30,328 bases of DNA from IMG/VR virus record IMGVR_UViG_3300043473_000092, positions 1-30,328 of that record; one strand, written 5' to 3'. Shown here piece after piece: positions 18,837 to 27,676 of the stretch. The stretch comes from a virus. Taxonomy: Duplodnaviria > Caudoviricetes. The notes beneath the pieces were generated by a model. It did no database searches and was not told the DNA's origin. It saw nothing but the letters and a program-made list of their open reading frames with translations. The translations under genes and the position numbers were made by a program. Position 1 is the first letter of the stretch. Each line of letters starts with the position of its first letter.

Positions 18837-20081
18837 TCAGCCCGCAGTCACGTTATCGAGGATACCCATGGTCATTCCGCCACCGTCGACGAACCAACCA
18901 CCCTCAGTGAGCCAGAACCCACGCCGGACATCCTCGTCCTTCATCTGGACATCATCATTGTTGACCGTATTGCGCCCCTTCATGTAGCACCATTTCAGAG
19001 CCGCGAAGTCCAGAATGTAGAACGAGTTCTTGAACGTGGGGTGATGCGACAGCAGCGGATGCGTCTTGAAGAGCAGCCGACCCCAGGGCATCTTCAGCTC
19101 CTGGAAGTCGAGGCCCCACATCTTGATAGTGTCGCCCATCTGCATCTGGACGGAATCTTCCGCCTTGATGATCTTCGCCATGGCGAGAGCACCGCTCATG
19201 CCAGTGAAGCACACGCGGGTATCACCCCCGAGTTCACCACTTGCAGTAAACTTCCAGAGCGGCTCAAGCGCCGACAGGATAGTATCAGTAGTAGCCGGGA
19301 CCGTGAACGCAGTCACATTGGTCGCCGGCACGAAGGCCCGCAGTCCGCCCGTGTAACGAAGCGGCTTGCCGTTGTCACCAGTGGTCTCAGTCTTCCGATA
19401 GGCATAGAGCAAAGTGTGCTCGATGTCTCTCGAATGGTCGTACATCTTCCGCTTCTTGTCATTCGACCACGGATCACCAGTACGCGCCTCAGTGACGTTG
19501 GCAGTCTTCGTCAGCTCATACGTAGTCTTGAAGATCTGCGTATAGTTGCTGAACTTCACAGGGTTCCGACTGACAGCACGAGGCGCCGCAGTCCCCTCAG
19601 CATACGCCGAACCAATCAAGAGCAGGAAGGATCCTGAAGCAATGCTCGCAGGAGTCGACCCGGCCGCGCCGCGCTGGACTGTGAAGCCCGTGTCACCAAG
19701 GACTTCCGTAACCAGCAGATACTCCGGCGTCCCAAAGGCACCAGCCGGGGGCTCCACTAAGAGCAGATCGCCCGGCTTAAGGTGCGTGGCAGTCCCATAC
19801 GCGACACCGAAGGACGTAGCCGTGGGATCGACCGAGTTGACAGTAATAGTCGTATCACCAGCGATCAGAGCTCCCGAGGTCTGAAGCCGGACAATAGTGT
19901 TCGTCTCAGCCCACCAGGAGTATTCCGGATCACTTACTGTCTTTTCAGATGCGCGCCCGGTCATCGCGAAGATGGGCGCAGATCCATTCGGATTCATCCA
20001 CAGAATCGTGTTGCGGAAATCCTTGGGACGCTCATCGACGCCCCAGTCGCCCGTTCCGCGCAGGCCATTGATAGCACTCAT
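18837..20081 (-). CDS. Major capsid protein, SU10/DUF5309-like (414 aa)
   Basis: GLRGTGDW..ERPKDFR, NYTQIF, DIEHTLLY..K...G..LRYTGGL, KTHPLL, FWLTEGG motifs; strong codon bias; follows the scaffold gene. Confidence 0.9.
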   Translation of the reverse strand: MSAINGLRGTGDWGVDERPKDFRNTILWMNPNGSAPIFAMTGRASEKTVSDPEYSWWAETNTIVRLQTSGALIAGDTTITVNSVDPTATSFGVAYGTATHLKPGDLLLVEPPAGAFGTPEYLLVTEVLGDTGFTVQRGAAGSTPASIASGSFLLLIGSAYAEGTAAPRAVSRNPVKFSNYTQIFKTTYELTKTANVTEARTGDPWSNDKKRKMYDHSRDIEHTLLYAYRKTETTGDNGKPLRYTGGLRAFVPATNVTAFTVPATTDTILSALEPLWKFTASGELGGDTRVCFTGMSGALAMAKIIKAEDSVQMQMGDTIKMWGLDFQELKMPWGRLLFKTHPLLSHHPTFKNSFYILDFAALKWCYMKGRNTVNNDDVQMKDEDVRRGFWLTEGGWFVDGGGMTMGILDNVTAG

Positions 20082-20106
20082 TTAATTTCCCCTTCGGGGA
20101 AATTAA
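20082..20106 (-). promoter_or_regulatory. Hairpin sequestering the MCP ribosome-binding site
   Basis: Minus strand reads ttaatttcccc-gaa-ggggaaattaa immediately followed by the ATG. Confidence 0.6.
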
Positions 20107-20116
20107 CCACGCACAG

Positions 20117-21082
20117 CTAATCGCCCCAGTCGACCAGTGCGCCCGCGAACGGGTCATGGTTCGGTTGTGCCGGACCTCCACGGCTGCCTGCTGACGCGGC
20201 TGCCGGAAGGTGCTGTTGCGCCACAACCCGCGGAGCGGGTTGTGGACCACGACCTGGTTGCTGCTGTGTCTGTCCCTGCGGCGGGGCTTGAATATTCAAA
20301 TGGTTCATAGCCAGCCGACCGATCTCATCGATCCTCTGCTCGAGGGGCATCTGCGGGAAGCTCGCCTTGTAGATATTGGCGAACCTCTGCACAGTCTCGA
20401 AATGCCGGGGATCTTTCAGATGCGGGAACTTATTGTAGAAGGCATCCGACGCAGACCGTTGCGTCGTGGTCGCCTTCACGTGGTTCGAGACAATCAGCGG
20501 AACCTGATCGATCATAAGCTTCTGCGCAGCGGAGATCGCAGTGAACAATGTCCGAGCCAAGAGTTTTGGCAAGGCCACCTGCGGTGACTGCTCCAGCGCA
20601 ATCATGTCCTCATCACTGAGCGCGAACTGCTCATTAGCAATCTTCTCGATTAAGGCATTACGACCTTCATCCCACGCGCGCGCGAAATCTTCCGGTGACT
20701 CAATAACCCGGCTCGCGCCGGGTTGAGCCAGAGGCTGTGGCTGTGCTTGTGGAGCCGCTTGCGGCGGCTGAGTTGGTTGCGGTTGAACAGGTTGCGCAGT
20801 CGCGGCTACCGGCGGCTGGACATTAGTAGGAGCGACAACTGCGGCGGGCGCAGTTGGGTCTTCCACTTTGACCGACGGTCCCGCGGCGGGCGTACCGCCC
20901 GCCGAAGGTATTGTAATTGAATCGAAGTCCTGGTCCATGTCCAGGCCCTCGAACGAAGTCCCGCCTCCAGCGGGCCCGGACGAAAAGCCTGTAGTATTGG
21001 AAGATCCACCGGAGCTTCCACCTGACGGAGCCGCTTCGCCGCCTGACGGCGCGGGGCTACTTGCTGGTGCTTCGTCAGCCAT
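20117..21082 (-). CDS. Capsid scaffolding protein (321 aa)
   Basis: Disordered P/Q/A-rich N-terminus with helical core; lies between portal and MCP. Confidence 0.7.
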   Translation of the reverse strand: MADEAPASSPAPSGGEAAPSGGSSGGSSNTTGFSSGPAGGGTSFEGLDMDQDFDSITIPSAGGTPAAGPSVKVEDPTAPAAVVAPTNVQPPVAATAQPVQPQPTQPPQAAPQAQPQPLAQPGASRVIESPEDFARAWDEGRNALIEKIANEQFALSDEDMIALEQSPQVALPKLLARTLFTAISAAQKLMIDQVPLIVSNHVKATTTQRSASDAFYNKFPHLKDPRHFETVQRFANIYKASFPQMPLEQRIDEIGRLAMNHLNIQAPPQGQTQQQPGRGPQPAPRVVAQQHLPAAASAGSRGGPAQPNHDPFAGALVDWGD

Positions 21083-21362
21083 TCGTCACTTCCTCTGACT
21101 CATCTGACTCTAAAAGCTGGTGCATCTCGGCCACGATGCGCGCGGGCGTTTCCATTGTCAACTCGATCCCACGCAGGGTGCCCTTTTGGTATTCCTGCTC
21201 GAGCACAGAGTCCCACGACTTCAAGGGCGGCGTGAGTGTCAAGAACACTTGATTGCCGCGTTCGGAGACGAAAGTGGCAAAAGCCTTCCAACCCTCAGTC
21301 TTGAGCATCTCTTCCATTAAGTGCCCCATACGAATGCGCTCGCGCTCCTCGTCCTTGAGCAT
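21075..21362 (-). CDS. Small head-morphogenesis protein (95 aa)
   Basis: LKTEGWKAF...EYQKGTLRGI helical protein in the portal-scaffold interval; overlaps both neighbours. Confidence 0.6.
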   Translation of the reverse strand: MLKDEERERIRMGHLMEEMLKTEGWKAFATFVSERGNQVFLTLTPPLKSWDSVLEQEYQKGTLRGIELTMETPARIVAEMHQLLESDESEEVTNG

Positions 21363-23428
21363 CAGGCGACGCCTCCAGTAGCTTTTGCGGAACCTCCTGC
21401 GGAGGCAGCCCCAACATTGGTCGCGCCTGACCCTCCGGGTCCGTTAATGGGGATGATGTTCCCCGCTTGAGCTTGCGCCATAAGCTGTTCGGGAGAGCCC
21501 TGCTGAATCTTGAATCGATCAAGGTTCTTGATCCCTCCCATTTGGGCCATCCACCCGAATATCTTCCCGAGGTCATACTGCATAATGATCTGCGGGATCT
21601 GCGCAATATTCGCAATGAGTTCCTTCCAAAGCGTCAATTGTGCGAACCGATCAATGGGGAGCGTCCCGTCCACACCAACGAAGTCGTACTGTCCCAAGAT
21701 CGACTCTGGGGAGACATCCAGAAAACCGGGTCCTGCCATGTTTGCGAGATCGCCAACGAGGCGGAGCTTACGCTCCGCAGAGTAGAACTGCTGGCTGGTC
21801 TGGATGAGCCTCTGCGTATGCGGGGCGAACCCCGCGGCTGACATATATTCTGCATTGGTCTTAAGTCTGTTGACACCGAAGCCAGTACTTGTGCGAACTT
21901 CCGTTGCAGTCTTCCGCCCCGTGGACTGCATCATTCCAAGTATTTGGTCGTTAATGCCATATATCCGTTCTCCAATACCGAACATCGTCTGGAGATCCGT
22001 CATATGGTTCCCAGTCACATCATTGATCTGAACCTGCTTGTAGAAGGTATCGATATCTTGGCCGAACGCCTCAGGTCGGAGCCTCCACACGAAGCCGGCC
22101 CCGCCCTTCTCGACATCTTTCATCACGATCTTCGTCGGATCTATAATATATCCATTATTAAGAGTAGCACGAACGTTAAACATATGGCTATTAAGAAGCC
22201 AGTCCATAGTGTCCTGTATTGGAGCTTGCGTCTCCGGGATGCCTCTATTGTGCGTTCCGTAGGACTCGATCTCAGGCTCAAGTAGGCTAACCGGGAATTG
22301 CCCATGGACGGCTCCAAGCGGTTGCGCCCCGATTATTGTCTCGTGATCAGTGGTCATCGTGAAGACCCACTTCTCGGGCCAGTCCGTACCACCGAGACCC
22401 CACTCTTCCGGAATCAAATCGACGTATATTTCATAAACTGGCACGACTGCCGGGTGCGGGAGCTGGTTGAACGTGTCCATCGACCAGTCAGCAATCGGGC
22501 GCTCAAGATTGCTCGAGCCCTCGCCCATGGTCTTGTCCATCTGGTGATGCGTCCCGCGAAGCATGTCGACATTCGTGTACATGCCGCGCTTGGCTCGACG
22601 TACGAGTTCGTTCCACATCAATCGGCAGCGGACGGCGAAGAATTCCCCCTTTTGGTAGTTACCAGCTGTGACGCGCGGATCAGGGAACGCGTCAAAGGGC
22701 GAGATATTATAGTGTTTGTTCCCAGAGTATCCATCGACGCGACGCGTCACTTGGACCTTTTGGGTCTTCTCCGGATTGCGCTCGTCGGGGACTTCCTCGA
22801 TTGTGGTATATTGGATTCGCTCTTCGTCCCAATAGGAGCCGAGCCAACCTTCGCCGTACTTGGCTGCATCGTAGAACCACAGAAAGTAAGGTGCAAGTGC
22901 TTGACCGACATCGAGTTGATATGCCAGCAGTGCTTCGACTGCTTGAATCTGCATTTCTCCTTCGCCATGGCGCCCGGTGACCTGATGGACTGGGTTACGG
23001 GACAAGAACACACTCGTCCAATAAGTGTGCGCTGCCATCGTTTGTGCGAACGTATAAGGGACCTGGATGGTCGTATAAGTCGGCTCGCCGCCTTTGCGGC
23101 GCGCCTTGCGACGAGCATCGGCATCCGACTCAGGAATATAAGCGAGCACCCTGTCTTCCGCATCCGACCAACGCTGGTGGTGCTTCTCCTGTTCGGACTC
23201 CGCAATCTTCATGCGGGCGGAGAGCCGCGACTTGATCATATCGTACAGAGGATTAGTCGGCTTAAGGTCACGAGTCAACTGGAAGTAACCTTGCGGCGCT
23301 GGAGCAGCCTGCGGCTGCTCCATGCCGGGGAGCATTCCTTGCGTGGGATCGGGAATAGACATGAGATCTGGTTGGCTCGCAACGCCGCCAAGCATCGTCC
23401 CGGGGAACCCGCCACTACTCATGGACAT
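21362..23428 (-). CDS. Portal protein (688 aa)
   Basis: Size, position after TerL, ISPFDAFPDP, DWLLNSHMFNVR and RKTATEV motifs of P22/SU10-type portals. Confidence 0.88.
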   Translation of the reverse strand: MSMSSGGFPGTMLGGVASQPDLMSIPDPTQGMLPGMEQPQAAPAPQGYFQLTRDLKPTNPLYDMIKSRLSARMKIAESEQEKHHQRWSDAEDRVLAYIPESDADARRKARRKGGEPTYTTIQVPYTFAQTMAAHTYWTSVFLSRNPVHQVTGRHGEGEMQIQAVEALLAYQLDVGQALAPYFLWFYDAAKYGEGWLGSYWDEERIQYTTIEEVPDERNPEKTQKVQVTRRVDGYSGNKHYNISPFDAFPDPRVTAGNYQKGEFFAVRCRLMWNELVRRAKRGMYTNVDMLRGTHHQMDKTMGEGSSNLERPIADWSMDTFNQLPHPAVVPVYEIYVDLIPEEWGLGGTDWPEKWVFTMTTDHETIIGAQPLGAVHGQFPVSLLEPEIESYGTHNRGIPETQAPIQDTMDWLLNSHMFNVRATLNNGYIIDPTKIVMKDVEKGGAGFVWRLRPEAFGQDIDTFYKQVQINDVTGNHMTDLQTMFGIGERIYGINDQILGMMQSTGRKTATEVRTSTGFGVNRLKTNAEYMSAAGFAPHTQRLIQTSQQFYSAERKLRLVGDLANMAGPGFLDVSPESILGQYDFVGVDGTLPIDRFAQLTLWKELIANIAQIPQIIMQYDLGKIFGWMAQMGGIKNLDRFKIQQGSPEQLMAQAQAGNIIPINGPGGSGATNVGAASAGGSAKATGGVA

Positions 23429-24981
23429 GCCCTCTTGAATTCAATCTCTGGATAGTCGTCATTATCACCCCCGGACGACCAATCATCATCCGCGAGCTCG
23501 AGGTACGGATTCACCAAATCACTCATACCTAACGCGACCATGTCCAGCAAATCCTCATGCGGAATCGCCGGGTACGTCTCGAACTGCGCGATAAAGTCGC
23601 TATGGGTCTTCGAAATGAAGAACCGGCCTTGGCTCGCCGGGCCCTGAAGCGTGGACACGATGCGATTGAACTTCGAGCGCTTGTCCCCGGCCAAAGTATT
23701 GACGGGCCAGAAACGCCTCTGCCGACCCATTTCCTTCTCGAGGACGTACTTCAGCACACGCTCATAGTTAATGCCTTGAATAACGAGGCGCGCGGCTCGC
23801 CACTTGGACGCAAGTCCAAATGCAGTCATCACTGTCCAGTCCGGATTGTGTCCACGCTCACGGTTCTTTTCATAATCCAATAGGTAATAGTTTCCGCGAA
23901 AGCGACCCACGACCCCGACTGTCTCGAAGTCCTTCTTATTGAGACCCTTTGCGAGCTGCACATCTGAAGGCGGTGGTACAGGATCGATCGCGACCACGCA
24001 GAACATCGGGGGAGGTCGCTGCGCGTCTTCATCCCAATAGCGAAGCCAGTTCACGCGGAAAGCACTGCGCTCGGCAGTGACGAGCTTACACTCATTTTCC
24101 GCGGCCCAGGAAGAGTACCTGTTCATCTGTATCGCCGCGAGCTTCTCCTTACGCAGGTCAAGCGTCGGCTTCACATGCTCCCACGCCGACCGTTGATGCT
24201 CGACGGGAAGGTCCTCAGTCTCTGGCGTCCAGCAGGAAAAGCGCGCGCTTACGAACAATGGGTCCTTCGTTGCAATACCTGTGAGGTCGTCCGGGTTGTG
24301 CGGCGTATTCAGCAATACGAGCTTCGCATTCGGTTCATCCGAGCGCGGGGCAAGGCTCTCTTTGAGAGCCTTGTAGACTAGGTCGTTGACTTTGTTCCGC
24401 TGGTCAGGAGTCGCCGTATTCTCATCCGTCAGACCATCGTCAATAACAATAAGATCAGGACGGTAATCATCAAAGTTAATGCCGCGAATATTGCCAGTGA
24501 TTCCCGCGCCGAGAATCCAAACTGGTCTCTCATCCACGCCGACGTAGATTTCAATTTCTGTCTCATTCCATTTCGCGCCCGGTCGTAGGCCGAACGTCCG
24601 CGCGAACTCCGTGGGGACAAATGCCCCAGTCGAAGGGTCTCGATTAGCAATATTCCGTTGTAGCCACATAATTGATCGGCGAGCGTGATCTTCACTAGCT
24701 CCGATATAGAGGATCGTGTGGGAGAGCCCGTAGGCGATTCGCTTCGCTGCGAAGACTCGGAGCTTCGTTGTCTTCGCGAATCCTCGCGGCGCGACGAGGT
24801 TGAGGTATCTGATGGATGTGTCATCGAGTAGTCGATCCCAGACTTCATGCATCGGGGGTGGTCTGTCCCGCATCGCGCGCGGGAAAAAGGTCGACCCGAA
24901 GAGACCAGTGTCAACCGCGCAAAGCGCGATTAACTCTCCCAGGTCGACAGTCTCTGGCTGAGGGGAGGTAGAATCAGCCAT
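23419..24981 (-). CDS. terL: Terminase large subunit (520 aa)
   Basis: Walker A APRGFAKTT, Walker B RPDLIVIDD, motif III LNTP, nuclease acidic residues VAIDP and HEDLLD. Confidence 0.93.
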   Translation of the reverse strand: MADSTSPQPETVDLGELIALCAVDTGLFGSTFFPRAMRDRPPPMHEVWDRLLDDTSIRYLNLVAPRGFAKTTKLRVFAAKRIAYGLSHTILYIGASEDHARRSIMWLQRNIANRDPSTGAFVPTEFARTFGLRPGAKWNETEIEIYVGVDERPVWILGAGITGNIRGINFDDYRPDLIVIDDGLTDENTATPDQRNKVNDLVYKALKESLAPRSDEPNAKLVLLNTPHNPDDLTGIATKDPLFVSARFSCWTPETEDLPVEHQRSAWEHVKPTLDLRKEKLAAIQMNRYSSWAAENECKLVTAERSAFRVNWLRYWDEDAQRPPPMFCVVAIDPVPPPSDVQLAKGLNKKDFETVGVVGRFRGNYYLLDYEKNRERGHNPDWTVMTAFGLASKWRAARLVIQGINYERVLKYVLEKEMGRQRRFWPVNTLAGDKRSKFNRIVSTLQGPASQGRFFISKTHSDFIAQFETYPAIPHEDLLDMVALGMSDLVNPYLELADDDWSSGGDNDDYPEIEFKRACP

Positions 24982-24984
24982 TAC

Positions 24985-25239
24985 TCAGATATCCGTTTGC
25001 TTCTTCACACCGATCAACTGATCGGAGGCGATTGCTTCATAGGGATCTGTGAACAGTTTACCGAAAAGATCCTTCAGCGCAGGGTGCAGCGACATCGAGG
25101 GATCAGCGGCGGGAGCCGCCACGGCGGTTCCCGCCGTGGACTGCACTGGAGCCGGTGGAGGCTGACTGAGGAAATCAGTCAAGAACTGTGCGGTTCGCGG
25201 ATCTTTCTCCGGCAGGAACTTCATTTCCATTACCGCCAT
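24985..25239 (-). CDS. Hypothetical protein (84 aa)
   Basis: Fills the gap between the nuclease and terL with tight junctions. Confidence 0.5.
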   Translation of the reverse strand: MAVMEMKFLPEKDPRTAQFLTDFLSQPPPAPVQSTAGTAVAAPAADPSMSLHPALKDLFGKLFTDPYEAIASDQLIGVKKQTDI

Positions 25240-25778
25240 TGGAACACAGTAAAGCCGCTTCGCGGCTTCCCTTCTATGTCAGTAATGCGTTCAATGCGGG
25301 AGACGGGCTCCGGCAGACGAACCGCGGGGTCGAACGAACGACAGATCTCAAGGACACCGACCTGTCGGTTGCCGGAGGCCACCGACACTACGGGCTCGTA
25401 CAGATGCCGCAACTGCCACCAGGCATCGACCGAATGCGTCCGTTTGACCTCGATCACAACAATATATGTACCTAAGTCAAGAATCGCATCCGGCTGGCAG
25501 TAGCGCATTCCGTGGTTATCCACGAGCTGATACCACGGAGCTTCGTGCAACCGCGCCGGGAATACGTCACGTAAAAACGCCATGACACGCTTTTCGTAAC
25601 GCTTCCCGGCGCGCTGAGCGGCGGAGCCCGCCGGGCTCATGTTGAAGTACCCCGTAGGGGTCCGCCACGCATTCTCGAGATTGTAGACGGGAGTCAACCA
25701 CGCAGGACAAGCCGGGAGTGTACCTGCCGTGGGCGCCGTCGCGCCCACGGGAAGACCTAGACTCCCTAGGTCGATCAT
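25230..25778 (-). CDS. PD-(D/E)XK family nuclease (182 aa)
   Basis: GKRYEKRV helix, then QPDAIL and VIEVK catalytic motifs, then WWQL..LY. Confidence 0.75.
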   Translation of the reverse strand: MIDLGSLGLPVGATAPTAGTLPACPAWLTPVYNLENAWRTPTGYFNMSPAGSAAQRAGKRYEKRVMAFLRDVFPARLHEAPWYQLVDNHGMRYCQPDAILDLGTYIVVIEVKRTHSVDAWWQLRHLYEPVVSVASGNRQVGVLEICRSFDPAVRLPEPVSRIERITDIEGKPRSGFTVFQWR

Positions 25779-26506
25779 TGATCGGTCCCCACGACCACGG
25801 CATCCTCGTATTCGAACTTAGCAGGTGGGACCGGGCGCGTGGCCGCGCCCGTGTATGAGGAGTCAGCACTCGATACTGTCCCACCCGCGGGGCTGAAGGC
25901 CCCGCTTGGAGCAAAGGTGCGTCTCTGCTCCATGCTACTATCTGTCACAGAAGCCGTGACTATCTCACGAGCGCGGGCTTCGCCCGCTGCGGCATTGTCA
26001 GCCTGGATCGAGCGCAAACGCTCCCGGGCTTTGTCAATCTGGTCGCGCGAGGCGAGCATCACAGTGTTCGTGCCAATGTTCACTTGCGCGGCTGGAGCCG
26101 GAGGCGCGAGACCGAAGCCGAGGGCCTTACTCGCTTGGATCAGCGTGTCGACCTTCTGGTTGAAGCCGAGACCCTGCGGGTTCTCCTTCATGTGACGCAA
26201 GGTGAGATCCGCGGACGCTATTGCGACCTCAGCGATCTTATCCGCGACAGAGTCACGAATCGCCTCATTCACGACTACCCGCCGTTGCGCGTAGTGGGCC
26301 TGGAATGCGTCCGAGCGCATCACCATCGAGATCCAGACCTGCCCGCGGCCGAGGACTTCGGCGATCTCGCCGTAGGTCGCGCCCGGATTCGCTAACAGAT
26401 GATCGATGATTGTGTCGTAGTGCCAGGTGCTCACGCGAATGCGCGGCGCTTCCCGCGCGGGCTGCCGGGAGCTCTTAGGGTCAAACAATGCGGAGAACTG
26501 GCTCAT
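25775..26506 (-). CDS. terS: Putative terminase small subunit with N-terminal HTH (243 aa)
   Basis: HTH IIDHLLANPGATYGEIAEVLGRGQVWISMVMRSDAFQ, helical core and QVNI strand; upstream of terL. ATG at 26506 preferred over the track's TTG at 26653 because a promoter lies at 26513-26541. Confidence 0.6.
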   Translation of the reverse strand: MSQFSALFDPKSSRQPAREAPRIRVSTWHYDTIIDHLLANPGATYGEIAEVLGRGQVWISMVMRSDAFQAHYAQRRVVVNEAIRDSVADKIAEVAIASADLTLRHMKENPQGLGFNQKVDTLIQASKALGFGLAPPAPAAQVNIGTNTVMLASRDQIDKARERLRSIQADNAAAGEARAREIVTASVTDSSMEQRRTFAPSGAFSPAGGTVSSADSSYTGAATRPVPPAKFEYEDAVVVGTDQ

Positions 26507-26512
26507 GGGGGG

Positions 26513-26541
26513 ACCATGGGCGCGTAGCGCCCACCTGTCAA
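26513..26541 (-). promoter_or_regulatory. Sigma70-type promoter for a probably leaderless terS transcript
   Basis: TTGACA (26541-26536), 17-nt spacer, CATGGT (26518-26513), 6 nt, then ATG at 26506. Confidence 0.55.
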
Positions 26542-26752
26542 CCGTCAACTGAAAAGGGTGCCATTCGTTTGCAATTCGATGTGACGTCGCGGAAGTGGTC
26601 TTGTGATAGCGAGGGCGGACCCCACCTGGGGGGACTATAGGGGGTATGCTCAATACGGGGTAGCTAGCGAAGCGATCGACCGACTAGGTCGATCACCTTA
26701 TACTACCCCGAGATGCGAAGCATCGAGGTCGAATTTTTTAGCTATCACCGAC

Positions 26753-26781
26753 AGAGAAGGGAGGCGGACTTGCCGCCTCCC
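26753..26781 (-). terminator. Probable intrinsic terminator after the 194-aa gene
   Basis: 9-bp GC stem gggaggcgg/ccgcctccc with a 5-nt loop, followed on the minus strand by TTCTCT. Confidence 0.55.
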
Positions 26782-26806
26782 CGACTTGGTGCTCTCGACT
26801 TAGCGA

Positions 26807-27391
26807 CTAGCTGAAGTCGTCGTCTGCGATCGACTCCACGGCTACGGCGACCTTCCCGGTGAGGCGCTTGTACTCTTCCTCGACTCCGGGGATCGTCATA
26901 CAGGCGCTCTTGTACGACTTGCCATCCGGCTGCGCCTTCCCGGCAATGGTGCCGCCGTCCTTGAACCCCGCGCGAATCTTCGACTCGGTGTACGGCTTCC
27001 CGAGGTTGGTGAGCACAGTCGCCATTGCCTCGAAAAGCTTGTCCTCGTCGACCGGCGCGCGACCTCCGCCAGTCCCGGAGAGATCGCCCCAGTCGCCGTC
27101 CACGAGTCGCGCCATGCGCTGCGCGGCCTTGCCCGAATCGCCGATCTCCGCCGCGCCGCGCCCCGCGTTGCGGAGCTCGATCTTCGCTCCGGCCACGGCG
27201 AGCATCGTGGCGATCTTCCCGGCCTCGACGCCCGGGATCTGGTACTTCAAGCCACCACCGGCCAGCGGGACATACTCGATGCCCGTGGCCGACTCGATGT
27301 CATCGACCTGCGAGCCCGAGGCGTCGATGAAGAAATAGTCCGCCTTTTTCTCGCGCGGGCCCTTGGCGGGCGTTGCGTTCACTTCGCTCAT
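26807..27391 (-). CDS. Hypothetical phage protein, likely highly expressed (194 aa)
   Basis: GGAG SD, strong GC3 codon bias, own terminator; L.DGDWG...GGG motif; acidic tail IADDDFS. Confidence 0.75.
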   Translation of the reverse strand: MSEVNATPAKGPREKKADYFFIDASGSQVDDIESATGIEYVPLAGGGLKYQIPGVEAGKIATMLAVAGAKIELRNAGRGAAEIGDSGKAAQRMARLVDGDWGDLSGTGGGRAPVDEDKLFEAMATVLTNLGKPYTESKIRAGFKDGGTIAGKAQPDGKSYKSACMTIPGVEEEYKRLTGKVAVAVESIADDDFS

Positions 27392-27676
27392 TTGTCTGAC
27401 TCCATTTCGGCCGCGGCACCATGCCTTGGCCGACTCGCACTATGCCACCCAATTGTGGCAACAATATGGCGCGACCAAAATAATCTCACCTATCTGCGCC
27501 TCGCGGCGCAGATGGCTCCCAATTGCCAGCCACTCTCCAGCGTAGGGCGCCACAGCGGGCGGGAGGCTGTTTGCTGGGGCGGGCGTGGCCCGCCATTGCG
27601 TTTCGCTGGGGTGGCCGGTACTGGCCTAGCCCGTTGCGCTATCGCGCAACGTAGGGCCCTCCCCGCCCACTAGAGA

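Noticed and set aside
18798-19637. 279-aa plus-strand ORF
   Set aside because: Antisense to the strongly codon-biased major capsid gene.
22298-23455. 385-aa plus-strand ORF
   Set aside because: Antisense to the portal gene; typical GC-rich shadow frame.
26507-26653. 49-aa N-terminal extension of TerS from TTG 26653
   Set aside because: No clear SD, and it spans a consensus -35 promoter that points to ATG 26506.
27392-27673. 93-aa plus-strand ORF in the divergent region
   Set aside because: No SD, atypical composition, and it runs through the hairpin cluster; more plausibly non-coding.
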